Positions 49,269 to 61,054 of a stretch of 64,000 bases of DNA are shown here, one piece after another. The DNA is from Flectonema sp. DT1601 (lineage: Eukaryota). Position 1 is the stretch's first letter; each line of letters opens with the position of its first letter. The position numbers and the translations under genes were made by a program. The stretch lies in NCBI GenBank assembly GCA_964019425.1, contig OZ025787.1:186001-250000 (forward strand). The letters are read 5' to 3'. The notes beneath the pieces are model-generated. The model saw only the letters and a program-made list of their open reading frames with translations, did not search any database and had not been told where the DNA came from.

Positions 49269-52187
49269 CTACAGAAAGAATCTGTCATCAATCATTGTCT
49301 TATTTCCTAAGTTGGTATTTCCAAATATGCTTCTTACCACCTGAACAAAATACACGACAATAAATGCAACACAAGCAGCAACAATTGAATTACTGAAAGT
49401 AAAATCAACTGCGAGATACGACAGTAGCGCTAAGTTACTTAGTGAAATCTCAAGAGAGAGAAGAATACAGTTTGTCCAAGTGCTATCATTGTCAATGAAA
49501 AAACGAGTAGGCATACCCGCAAATGAAAATGGTATCACACCGAGAGAACGATGAATAGGAGTCTTAAGTAAGGTTTCATCCCCAACTCGGGTGACAGCAC
49601 TTTGTAATCTACGGTTTAATTCCTGTAAATGTCTCAAAGCTTCTTGAGTTAAGACATTTCTACTAGATCTCCCAAGAACGTATTCGTAACATCTTCTGGG
49701 TCTGTTTGTTGCTTGAGATGGAACAAATCGTTCTCTAGCAAGCTGTGCTTGAGTTTTCCATAAAAACTCACTCAATTCATCATCTGTAACAATCTCAAAA
49801 GTTTGAGCAGTATTCGGACCAGTCAACCCCCTCATAGGAATCGCACCTTCCTCTTCTCTTTGAAGCATTGCTTGAAATTCTCTCACAGAAGCATCACTGA
49901 ACTGATGAACAGATTTCCCATGAATATAATATCCATAACGTTTTTCTGGTAATAGAAAAACTGACACGTTAGCTAAAGAACAAAGGTCGATGAACTCTCT
50001 TACCGGGTTGGCTGCTAAGAAACGATAATATATTAAATGGTCCCATATCCATAACAAAGACATACAACCATACCATAACATTATCGTTAATGCCATTCTA
50101 AGTAACGGATGAGAATAGGACCCATCCAGGCTTAGATTATTACCGTTTGGTTGTGCTGTTGTGAGTCCTTGCAAACCAGCTGCTTCCAACAAAAAAACCA
50201 CTAAAACGGTATTCAAATACACAGTCGATGACAGAAGCGCTTGTAGCTCGTTGAACTCATTAGCAACGAACACCATTCTCCACATTGATACGGGAAGGTC
50301 TTTGTTTTCAGATAGTAATTTACCTCTTGGCTGTTCCCAATCAAGTAAAAACACCCACATAGAACATTGCTCATACACCCTATAAGCAATATCTACACAG
50401 CGGGTTGAGAAAGACGTCCACAATAAAGCTGTATACAAATTATTTATATGGCCAGGTGGGGGTACGAGTACCGATGATGTCTGCTGTCCTTTAAACCATA
50501 AGAAGTGCCATATAGAAGCACCGGCTAATATAATAAATAAAAAACCAGATATGTGAGAACAATAGTATACAAACAATCGAACTAATAAAGCAAACGGATT
50601 GAAGTAGCGATCTTGTGCAAGTCGGCGTTGCCATGCCCAGGTTTTGATGAGGGAGGTGGCGCAGCCTACGCAACTGGCTGTTATTAAAAGTGATATGAGG
50701 ACATTTCGACTGAGATTTGATGTATAAAAAATCCTAACCGAACTCTTAACACCATCGTCTCCCGACAACACTGTTCGCGGAGTCCCATCAGCTAGATTCA
50801 TGAAAACGTTATTATTCCCAACATTTCGTTGAACAGCAGCAGGTTTTTCAAGGCGTACAATTGTCTCATAATCAATAGTAACCACAGGAAGCCACGCACG
50901 CTCATCTTTCGACTCCTCCAACGCAAATAGTAACGTCAGTTCACTAGCGTATCGTACATATTGATCACTGAGAACGTTGTCATACAACATAAACCTTCTA
51001 TACATAGAAATACCATTCGCATTAGTATTACGAATTGAATCGGTTGTGTAGAAGAGAGATTCATCGTCTCCGTCAGCATTAACACGGATTGGAACTGGTT
51101 TTAAGTTACCCAAACGATCTCTTATAAACAACTCGTAGAATAAAGGTTCACTCGCTCCATAAGAAAGAAATTTCGTATTTAACTCACAGTCTTGGATGAT
51201 GTTGTTACCAAACCTAAGGCCGTGTTCAGCAACTGGTTCTCTAACTTCACAAATAAATATTTGATTGTTTAGAGTCTCTGTGCCAATTCTATTTCCTACT
51301 AAGTCGTAAGCTGTAATAACAAAATCAAGTGACTCATCAAAACGAACAGTTTTATCTAAACTTTCCTGTAAGACAGCTCTTTCAGTTCTTTGATAAAACA
51401 ACCAAGGTAAGTCTGTTGGGACTTCACACGGAGTCCTGCATCCGGTTCCTCCATCTCTGTTAGTTAAATGATCAAAATAGAGTTCACAAGCACCTTGATC
51501 TAAGTCGTAAAGCTGAAGAACACATAAATTAGTTAGATATTGACATCCACCAGGTCCTGTCCAACCTGCATTACATTTTGTAGCTGCTTTTACTGCCTCT
51601 GTTGCAAGGAAATCTGATCTGATAGTGCTACCAATGTCAGGGTAAGTGACTGACGCTCCAGGAACTGCTGCGATATTTCTAGTTGGAAGGCATACCCCAG
51701 ATACTTGTGTTGTATTTGATGGACAACTACAGTCAGAAGACATTTCAAATGATTCGCTCAGATAACATCCAACACAAAGTCCGTTTATTACTATTCCATT
51801 CTCACATGAAAGACAACTCTTTATCTGTTGTTGTGAATCTGATACGTGATCTACTAGAAAGTTTCCGTTTGAATTATCACATTGACATTCTCGAGAAGTT
51901 ATATTTAAAGTTGTTGTCGTTCCATCACAGGAAGAACAATTAAATCTGTTGGAGTCTGATGCGAGGCCGAAATCACCAACACAGTCAACTAGACATCCAT
52001 CTCCAGCATAGCCTGCCTTACAGATGCAGTGTACCCCGCCACTGTGTGGTTCTGTGTTTCCTGTACACTCTACACAATTTAGTATCCTTGAGTCGAAATA
52101 ATTCCCAGTTGGGCAGGTAGGGACGGTCGCATTTCTGGAATACCAATCCCATCCGCTAAGGGTTGCTGTCAGGAGGAGGGGCAGCAT
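49269..52187 (-). CDS. TMEM67: Meckelin (ciliary transition-zone protein)
   Basis: Signal peptide, Cys-rich ectodomain, CQYLTNLCVLQLY, LPWLFY, RRFMLYDN, FLLDWE, SMWRMVFVANEFNELQ, FIDLCSLANVSV, GYYIHGKSVH, C-terminal KTMIDDRFFL. Confidence 0.93.
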   Translation of the reverse strand: MLPLLLTATLSGWDWYSRNATVPTCPTGNYFDSRILNCVECTGNTEPHSGGVHCICKAGYAGDGCLVDCVGDFGLASDSNRFNCSSCDGTTTTLNITSRECQCDNSNGNFLVDHVSDSQQQIKSCLSCENGIVINGLCVGCYLSESFEMSSDCSCPSNTTQVSGVCLPTRNIAAVPGASVTYPDIGSTIRSDFLATEAVKAATKCNAGWTGPGGCQYLTNLCVLQLYDLDQGACELYFDHLTNRDGGTGCRTPCEVPTDLPWLFYQRTERAVLQESLDKTVRFDESLDFVITAYDLVGNRIGTETLNNQIFICEVREPVAEHGLRFGNNIIQDCELNTKFLSYGASEPLFYELFIRDRLGNLKPVPIRVNADGDDESLFYTTDSIRNTNANGISMYRRFMLYDNVLSDQYVRYASELTLLFALEESKDERAWLPVVTIDYETIVRLEKPAAVQRNVGNNNVFMNLADGTPRTVLSGDDGVKSSVRIFYTSNLSRNVLISLLITASCVGCATSLIKTWAWQRRLAQDRYFNPFALLVRLFVYYCSHISGFLFIILAGASIWHFLWFKGQQTSSVLVPPPGHINNLYTALLWTSFSTRCVDIAYRVYEQCSMWVFLLDWEQPRGKLLSENKDLPVSMWRMVFVANEFNELQALLSSTVYLNTVLVVFLLEAAGLQGLTTAQPNGNNLSLDGSYSHPLLRMALTIMLWYGCMSLLWIWDHLIYYRFLAANPVREFIDLCSLANVSVFLLPEKRYGYYIHGKSVHQFSDASVREFQAMLQREEEGAIPMRGLTGPNTAQTFEIVTDDELSEFLWKTQAQLARERFVPSQATNRPRRCYEYVLGRSSRNVLTQEALRHLQELNRRLQSAVTRVGDETLLKTPIHRSLGVIPFSFAGMPTRFFIDNDSTWTNCILLSLEISLSNLALLSYLAVDFTFSNSIVAACVAFIVVYFVQVVRSIFGNTNLGNKTMIDDRFFL

Positions 52188-52344
52188 TTTATTCAACTTC
52201 CTGTTGTAAAAGTATTGCTTAATTAAAACTCAACATTAACTCTTAATCACCTGCTGTAGAAATCAATATCACAAAGTAATTTCATTCAACGATTGATGTT
52301 AGGCTGGAATGAGCTGCTTGTGCCATACAAAGTGATTGTTAGTT

Positions 52345-53337
52345 CTAACACCACTTCCCTTCAACATGTTCATATTTACAGACTTTCTTAAACTTACAGG
52401 TACTCGTATAATAATATTGTGTACAAGTCTTTTCATTTGGAGAAGCTATCGGAGGTGGGATGACTCGCTCAGGAATACCTGCACGCGATGAAGTAATAAA
52501 AATATTTTTTCGATGCTGTGACCCACGCAATGGCACAACATGCAAAGATGAAGTAGGACAACATGATTGAAGGAACGAAGCCCATTCGTTGTAGGCATCG
52601 GGACGGCCTTTGAGAGTCTTGGGTTGGAGGGTTTTGTCAGCGAGTTTAATCGGACCACCGTGAGGTAAGCAACATGGTGATAAAATCATTGAGTCGATTC
52701 CTTTAGAGAATAGAAACAACTCCACAAATCTAGCTGATAATCTCTTACACAAGTGAACACCCACAAGGATTCCTCTCTTGCTGTGGTCAAGGCCAAGGTC
52801 TCTTAGGACACCTTTGTCGTGGATATTTCCGTTTATAAATTTTAATTCCGGGACACCATCCCCGGCATACTCATCGTTAAGATTGGTTAAGTAGGCAAAG
52901 TCAATGTCACCTTTTATTTCATAGTCAAACATGAAGATGGTGGATATTTTATTTTTTAATATGTCCATTTCAGAGCATAAGCTCTGTATCAAAGCACTTG
53001 TGAATCCCTTTCCACAACAAATGTCAAATAGTGGTCTTGGTTCGGAATAAACGTCTGGATGGTTTTTAATCTCATTTAGCAAGTGATGTGCTACCGTGAC
53101 AGCTTCTTCAATTTCATCTGTGAATCCTTTGTTTCTCAGTAATTTCTTAACACCTTCGTGTTCCATTGTATTCCAATGTTTCACAATTGAGGAAACACGT
53201 TGTACTAAATCTTCACCGACCATATTTCCAATCTCACCGCAAAGTAAATCTTCTTGCTTCAGTCTTCTCTTATCATGTAGAATGATTAAATCCTCATCTG
53301 TTTCCCGAGGACGTTTTTCTTTTGATGGTGTGGTCAT
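52345..53337 (-). CDS. Class I SAM-dependent methyltransferase (Methyltransf_32/TRM13-like motifs) with C-terminal CCCH zinc finger; probable RNA methyltransferase
   Basis: FDICCGKGF (motif I), GVHLCKRLS, SPCC; C-terminal CTQYYYTSTCKFKKVCKYEH (C-x8-C-x5-C-x3-H). Confidence 0.75.
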   Translation of the reverse strand: MTTPSKEKRPRETDEDLIILHDKRRLKQEDLLCGEIGNMVGEDLVQRVSSIVKHWNTMEHEGVKKLLRNKGFTDEIEEAVTVAHHLLNEIKNHPDVYSEPRPLFDICCGKGFTSALIQSLCSEMDILKNKISTIFMFDYEIKGDIDFAYLTNLNDEYAGDGVPELKFINGNIHDKGVLRDLGLDHSKRGILVGVHLCKRLSARFVELFLFSKGIDSMILSPCCLPHGGPIKLADKTLQPKTLKGRPDAYNEWASFLQSCCPTSSLHVVPLRGSQHRKNIFITSSRAGIPERVIPPPIASPNEKTCTQYYYTSTCKFKKVCKYEHVEGKWC

Positions 53338-56300
53338 TTTCTTATAGTATCGATTGAGACCTGTAGACAAGAATGACTGATTTTATATTTAGAGAATGAA
53401 AATGGTAGCGATTTTAATTATCTCCACATATTGTAATATTTTATTTATTTATTTAACTGCTGATAAATATTATTAGAAATAATGAATATAAAAAATAATA
53501 AAAACACAATTTTTAAAATAAAAAGAAATAATAAAAACTTTTCGGATAAGTTTTATTTTATTTATTTATTTATTTATTTACGAAGTCTAGGAGCCAAAAA
53601 AATCAGGAAAAGCTCACAGGGTAACAGTTATATCGCAACCAGCAACCGTGAGAGGGTTTTTACAAACTGAATAAATACACAAAAACATTTTTTAAAAAAA
53701 AAAAAAAATAGTTAGTTTCTCATCTAGATCACAATACTCTAATCTGAAAATTAAAGTTTTTTAGAAATTCTCCCTGTCTGTTTGGCAATGCTCCTTTACT
53801 AAACCCTAACAACTCGAGAGTCTCTGGAAATGCTTTGTATGACAAAAAGGAAAACTTAATCTCAAAAAAAAAGCTTTTTCCGTAAGGAACTATTAGGAAA
53901 ATGAGGGGGGGGAAAAGTGAAAAAGAGAAGAAAAAAAAATCGGGTTGTCTATATTTTTTTATTGCTGAGCCCAACAAGATTTTATTTCACTGCTTTTTTT
54001 TTTTTAAATGTTTTTCTTAAAAAAAAAAAAAAAAAAAAGAAACTGTACCAGTTCTTCAAACACACAAAAACAAAGGAGTCATTGAGTGAGTGCCTGTCAC
54101 CGTCTCCATAATGAGCAGTCAAGCTGTGCCACATTAACTTCGAAACACAAAGGAAACAAGGTACGAAACAAACGCAACTTCATCAAAACAGCTTCCCTAC
54201 CAGGTTTCTGTTTTGTAATGATGTTGTACTGCAAGAAACGAAAAAAAATTAGGAAAAGATAACTACCTTATTTGAATTGCACTGATACCAATCAACGGGT
54301 AGACTCCAACTATTATGATACAGACTTGATTGTGGTGCAAACCGAGGGCGAAATTACTTTAATTAAGCCTTGGTGCTGCTTTATTGTTTTTTTTTGTTGT
54401 TCCTTTTTGATGCGATGTTAATTGAAAGAAAGCGTATGGATCAAATAAATAAAACTTTTTTGTAATTTATGAGACACGAAAGAACTGCTCCGAAACTATC
54501 AGCGACAGCATAGTACACGATTGCAGTATGAAATACCACTGCAGGCCACGTGAACATAGTTAAACACTTCTTGACTATGTTATTGTAACAACTCATAAGT
54601 GACTGATACATAATAAATTAAAACTTTTCTGAAAAGTAACCAATCTGGTTTAAAACCCTCAAGGTAAGGAGGGGCTGCTCTATAAATAGTCATACGGTTG
54701 GGTAGTAGGCAATGTCAATCTGAAAACTAAAGAAAAGGTGTCGGAGTGAGCAAGCATTGATGACATAGGTAATGCTCATTTACTTCACTTCGTACAACGC
54801 CTAAAGAAAAAGGAAAGTTGTAACCCTCACTAGTAAGAAAAAACGAAGAAGACTTGCCACTGTCTGTGCGCCATTCTGTTGGCAGCCTTGTTCAGAGAGC
54901 GGGTAAAATACAAAAGGAAAAATAATAATAATAATTTGCCGCACAATCGAAAGACGTGTGGGGGCACCAAAGGATAAAGAACTCTTGTCACAGGCAACCA
55001 AAATATTTATTCAGATAAGTAGACGACAACTTCTTACTTAGTGCTTTTTTTTTTTTTTTTTTCCCCTCGTCTCGACAAAAAAAAAAGAAATCCCTCATCA
55101 TCAGAAAACGGTAGACATCTCCAGCACGAATAGGGAGACAAAGTTTACCGAACAATGGGTTTGTAGGTACAAAAAAGTACAAAAAAAAAAAAGTCATAAA
55201 ACACGCTGTTCCATAAAACACTGGAATACGAAGTTTCAGGAGCCTTAATTTTATACAACTTTGTCCCTCTTAGGCCTTCATCAGTTTTTCGTTTAATTAG
55301 TAATGTGACCCAAACGTTGCCGTGTGTAGAGTCCAATCCGTGACCGTTTCCAAAGACTCAGCACGTAAAGATGCTCACTATACTTTAGGTCATGAAGGAG
55401 TTTTTAATATTACCGAGACGATCCCGGAGGGAGAATCAATTGCACATAAAAACTGCGGCAACGCCGACAGGTGTCCAATGTCAGCAACCTTGTGGGGACA
55501 AGTCGTGGGGTTTTAAAGTTAAGAAATGAAAGAATAACACAAAACAGAAATCGAATTTTAGTTTTTAAAAAAAAAAAAATCAACAAACGTAACCGTTAAC
55601 AGCCATAAACCGTCTGGCAAGCCCTCCAAGGGTAAGGAAGATTCAGAGTGCAAATTTTAAAAAACGAAAAAAAAAAAAAAAATTAAAAATTCTAATTGAG
55701 AATAAAAAGCATGTCAAAAAAAACGAATCTCCTCACATAGCACTGCACTGTTTTAGAAGAAAACACTTACAAGGTATGAAGTAGACTTATTATTTGATAG
55801 CCATAGAGGAAAACACAAAAAAACGGAACCGTCAGCAACACTTTCATAAACACAGTGGGAGAATTCCATAATAATTTATTTATTTTTATTTTTTTTCAAT
55901 ACTAACGCCTATTCCGAGAGACGGATTCCTACCCCAATGTTCTGCGGTGGAAAAGTCTTGTCCAATATATCTCCGTTGTCCATCCAAAAGTTTTTTTCAA
56001 TTCACAAATATCAGGGAGTTTAAAAACTAACCGATAGCACTTGTGAAATGATTGAGAGGAGCAAAGAAGAAGCTTTCTATCTAAGAAAGGTTAATTATGA
56101 GTTTTGTGAGACATTTCGTCTCGAAGACTTTACCTCAGTCCATTACATTTGCTGGAATTGCCAACCTGGTTTTCTTTTGTTGCTTTTTTCATTTAATTCT
56201 TTTTTTTTTTTTAAAGCTTGATAAGCTCATCAAAATGAAGGCAGAACAAAAAGAGAAAAAGAGAGAGAGAGGGGGAAAAATAAATAAACATCACAATTAA

Positions 56301-56959
56301 CGTTAAGTGTTTGTTTTGGTCACTTTATTTATATTTTTATACCTCATTCAACTCTTATACACAATAATAAAATAATACATAAAAAAAACAGATAATAAAT
56401 AAAAAGGTAGGGATGCGGTTAACTGCTACACCCACTGAGAAGATAATTCCTTTTTTTTTTCTTTTTTTTTTTTTCTCCCGAAACTTTGTTGTTACGAAGC
56501 AAGTAAAGCAAATATAATCGCACGGCAACTTACCAAAAATTACTATTTTTCCGCCTTTTTGAAAAAAAAAAATTTAAAAAAAAAGATTTTTCCGAAACAA
56601 TTGAAATGAGAAAAAACAATAAATAGTCGTACGCAAGCACGTTAGAATTTGCACGTGAGAAAAAAATTAGAATCCAGAAATCAGAAATCAGAGAAATAAC
56701 GAAATGCATCACAATTCGACTGTAATTCGTAACACGTGCACTTGTAGCAGCACACAGAAACTCGAACCAGAAAAAAAAAGGGGAAAGAACGTGAACAAAG
56801 AAAAACTTGCATTTAATAATAATCTTTTTTTTTTTTTTTTCCCCCCCTTAGCAGAAAAAAAAAGAAGCGGGACAAAAAAAAAATAGAACGAAATATAACA
56901 TCCTGAGATGCCCTACAACTATTACTACATATAAATCAACAGTGAGTTTACACTAACGT

Positions 56960-57895
56960 TTAAGTCACAAGTTTCTGAGGGTGAAGAGATCCACTCACTG
57001 GACATTTGTATGTCGTTTTTGGATGACCTATTTGAGCTCCACAATCAGAACAAGCTACTGACATCGGCTCAACTACTGAAGATGATAGATAAGGTGGAGA
57101 AGCAGTTCGTGGATTTGTATAAATAATAGTTTGAAGTGGACCACTATACTCATCGTTTAAAGGAGGTCTCGGAGACATAATTCCACCACCACCACCACCA
57201 CCCTGATTGACAAACGTCGTTTGAATCGGATTAACTGAATACAATCCTGCTGTTGTGTTCGGTTCAAATGTTGTTTTACGAGCTTCCATTTCATCAGGTT
57301 CTGCCTGCATTTGATGTTCTGGAATTTGAGCTTCTTGCCTACGACTAGACTGTCTATGACAGTATAATAAAACAACAATAATAATACAAAGTACCAAGGC
57401 TGATACAACTATTATCGCAATGATGCTAACTGCTAAAGAACTAGAACCACTACTTTTACCTGAGATGTCTGCAATCATTTGAATATCAACTGTGCGAGGA
57501 AAGCAACTCGCGGCTTTTCCAAGACCGTCAAATGCAATTATCCACGCGACTTCAGCACTATTACTAGATCCACGTGTTACATCAGTATTAGTCTGAAATG
57601 TGAACTCTGAGAGAGCTTGACATGAAGTCTCATTTACAGTATTTCTACACAATTGAACAACACTTGACGAAGTACAACCAGTTGATTGAGGTGTTTCAGT
57701 CATTCGTAAACAGCTAATAGTAATAGTGTCTCCCGTTCCAAGAGTTAACAATTCTGTATACGTTCCCGGTACGAGTGCTCCATTAATAGTTCCACTCCAT
57801 CTTCGAAAGTTAGTCGATCCTGTGTTGCATTGTCCTCTAACAACAATATTAAAACTAACTAAAAGTAACACAACCAGCTGTCTGAATTCATTCAT
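56960..57895 (-). CDS. Type I single-pass membrane protein with Cys-containing ectodomain and cytosolic C-terminal CxxC...C...H finger
   Basis: Signal peptide; TM LAVSIIAIIVVSALVLCIIIVVLLY; terminal CSDCGAQIGHPKTTYKCPVSGSLH. Confidence 0.8.
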   Translation of the reverse strand: MNEFRQLVVLLLVSFNIVVRGQCNTGSTNFRRWSGTINGALVPGTYTELLTLGTGDTITISCLRMTETPQSTGCTSSSVVQLCRNTVNETSCQALSEFTFQTNTDVTRGSSNSAEVAWIIAFDGLGKAASCFPRTVDIQMIADISGKSSGSSSLAVSIIAIIVVSALVLCIIIVVLLYCHRQSSRRQEAQIPEHQMQAEPDEMEARKTTFEPNTTAGLYSVNPIQTTFVNQGGGGGGGIMSPRPPLNDEYSGPLQTIIYTNPRTASPPYLSSSVVEPMSVACSDCGAQIGHPKTTYKCPVSGSLHPQKLVT

Positions 57896-58229
57896 TGTTA
57901 GCGTGGGGGGGGATTGTGAAACTTTGATAATGTAAAAAAAAAAAGGAAAACAGTAATAAAATCTTAGGTATTAATATTGCAAAAAAAGAATATTTGTTAG
58001 TTGTCATTAGGGAGGGAGTTTGTTACCTACAATGGAATTAACGAGTTATAACTTTTCTTTAGGTTTGTTAACATATGAATATAAGACATCAACACATGAA
58101 GTGGTTACAAATTAAATACAAGCAAGATGAAAAAAATGTAATCGTCAAAGTGTATCGGTATGACGCGTCTGAAAGAAAATAATAATAATAAAAATCAATA
58201 CAAGAATACAAATGACTACACACAGAGTT

Positions 58230-59111
58230 TTAAGAACTAATTGCCCTCAACTCGCGAATAAGACATTCTGTATCAGTAGATCGTTCAATCACAACACTCG
58301 AATCAATTACCCAACAGTTTAAATCAACACCACTGAGTGACACTCTAAAAGAATGCCAACTAAGTGTCGGGTTATCAGGTGCTGTTAAACAGTGTGGGTT
58401 TGAATGATGAAATAATTGCACAGGTGAAGATATAAGCCAACATCCTGATATAGAGCTGTGAAGAAGTACATCACCTCGAGTCCAAACAGGGAGATTGTTT
58501 GAAAACTTTGATGATTTCACAAATATCATATTGTTAACAAGTATTACTTTCGGCATCACAGGAGGTTTTGAAGAAATATCAACAGCGCATTCACACCATT
58601 CTGTTCCGTTAAATATTTTCCAAACAAGATCTGAAGCTGTTGGAGGTCTTCCACAGTGTCTCTTTGATTGAATGCAGCCTTGGTCATTAGCGACTGCTCT
58701 ATCAGTGTCACTTATCATCCACGTTCCTTTCTTTGTTGAATATAAGACCTTTCTTCTAGTGGCTGTTCGATTTCCCGTATGCCGCTCTTTCCATATTGAG
58801 GTTCCGTTAACGTTTCGACTTCTTCTCTCAAAGACTCCAGAGCATTCTGATGAACAACCCACCCATAAGAGATCCTCGCTGTCGATATCATTTCGAAGAG
58901 TTGGTTTTAAAAGTAACTCATCCTCTTCTGTGTATGTTCGTTGTCTATCAACAACCTGTTGTTGAGTTTCAATTCTTCTTAATTCTTCAGCTCCCTTCAA
59001 ACCATCTAATCCGATGTGTGCGATGGTTAAGTCATCTCTTGCTAGTCGGGAACTCTGTAAGCAAGCATCTACAAGAACATCAGTCCTGGCAGCTAAATTA
59101 TAAAATTCCAT
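58230..59111 (-). CDS. Hypothetical protein with a twice-repeated Trp-rich beta module
   Basis: NVNGTSIW...LYSTKKGTWMIS...H...P...W and FSNNLPVW...LHSSISGCWLIS...H...P...W. Confidence 0.75.
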   Translation of the reverse strand: MEFYNLAARTDVLVDACLQSSRLARDDLTIAHIGLDGLKGAEELRRIETQQQVVDRQRTYTEEDELLLKPTLRNDIDSEDLLWVGCSSECSGVFERRSRNVNGTSIWKERHTGNRTATRRKVLYSTKKGTWMISDTDRAVANDQGCIQSKRHCGRPPTASDLVWKIFNGTEWCECAVDISSKPPVMPKVILVNNMIFVKSSKFSNNLPVWTRGDVLLHSSISGCWLISSPVQLFHHSNPHCLTAPDNPTLSWHSFRVSLSGVDLNCWVIDSSVVIERSTDTECLIRELRAISS

Positions 59112-61054
59112 TACAATCTAATCTGTTATGATGATGCTATGTGTTCATGTTATTAGGTTGATTGTCATTTCCTTATTCTGAGAAATAAATTGAAATAACA
59201 AAATTGCTTAGAACTTCCACACCATCGTTTGCATTTTTTTTCCTGAGACAAAAAAAAAAAAAAGCAGAAAATACATTCCTTGAAGCATTTCAGACAATAC
59301 ACATCATCTCCAAGAAAACACTTTTTTATAAATAAAATAAAAAAAAACAAAAAAAAAAAAAAAAAAAAACAGGTAGCTGAAGCCTATCTTTTCAGAAGGG
59401 GGATAACCTAAGTTAATATGAACCGAAAAATGAGAAAAAAAAAGAAAAAAAGTGGATTAAAAAAATAATCCAAGGAAATTGAGCTAAGGGGACTTCATTT
59501 TTTTTTTTTTTTTTTTTCTCTCCTTCCTTAGAGGAAGTTTTTTTTTTTTTTTTTGTATGTGCTCATCAACTGTGTACGCACTGAGTGAATACACCAATTT
59601 CAAAAAAAAAATTTTTAAAAAAAAATCAAAAATAACAATATTGAGGAACAAAAAGGAAATGTCGTGTCAAATCAGAGGCAAGTGGGAAAAAAAAAGTTTG
59701 TATTTTTTTTTTGTCAGTCAACAAAAGCTAAACCGTTTGCATCAGATTAAAAGTAACATTTAGGTGGACAGTTGCATAGAACACAGAACAAACACAGCAC
59801 TAAGAAATAGAGAGGTCAAATGAGGGGGAGCGAGCGCTTCTGAGGTCAGCATTGCGGACAATCAAATCCGCGGCGCACAGGAAAGAGATCCGAGAACAGA
59901 GAGGGAGGATGAAATGCTGATACTATTAAATAAATTAGTTCATTACCAACAGAATCAGATTTATACTTGGACAACACTCTTTCCAAGGACGATCACAGAT
60001 AGAAGCGGACATGTGAAAAAGAGTACTAAGTGGTTGTACAACGTTCCTTTTTTTTTTTTTTTTAATATATCGAAAACCCAGAGATGTTTTTTTTTTTTTT
60101 TTTTAAATAAAAAATGAATTTTTATTAATGAGATTACACCATCCCAGACTCCCAAGGACTCTGAACAGTATTGGACTGTAGCAACATTATCAAGCACTGA
60201 ATAGGATTTCATTTTTTTTTTTTTTTTTCCCCAACCAGAGAGAATTCGGACACTGGAAGTACACAGTCGGAAAACAACTGAGGGAAGCATCACGAGCTCG
60301 CTTCGGCGGCCTCTGTCTGCACCCAACTGTCGAAAAGGTGATTGCCGATCTGGAAAATTGCCATTTGCATAATCGGCAGAAAAAACACAACTTATCAACA
60401 GCTTGAGAGAGATGAAGCTCTACGAAAATAAAAAAAAAATAAAAACAGAATCACACGCAATCAGCGTGACGATTCGAGGCAGACAGTATCTGTGTAACGG
60501 CAAGACCGCATAGCTCATTTTGCTAACTTATGGAAGTCAGTTATATTAAATAAAAGGGGGTCGCGGGGTTCACAACCACCGCACTATAATATTAGCAAAG
60601 AACAGAGCAAAGAATCAATCTGCCTCCACAGCAGAACAACGATAAGAGAAATTCCGCTACACCTCGAGCAATTCGACTTTTTGATGCAAAAAAAAAAAAA
60701 AAAATCCCCCCCCAAGAGACCAACCGCTATATCTAAAAAACGCTCGTAAGGTTTTTATTTATTTATTTTTTCTTTTTTTTTTTCAATCAACCAAAGGGAA
60801 GAAAGAAAATACGCACAAAAACATGCAGCGAAAATAAGAGAAACGATTCGTTGACGCAAAGAAAACGTCAGTGAGACCTTATATTATATAAAAAGGGAAG
60901 GAAAGCATCCCCTTCATTATCGCAGCTTTAACTACGAATGAACTGGGGTAATAGGGACCTGAAGGTACTTAACAATAAAAAAAAGGTATTTTGTATTCCT
61001 TTCCTTTTCTTCCCCCCTTTGACAGCTTAACGAATAAGCAGCAGACCAACAAGA

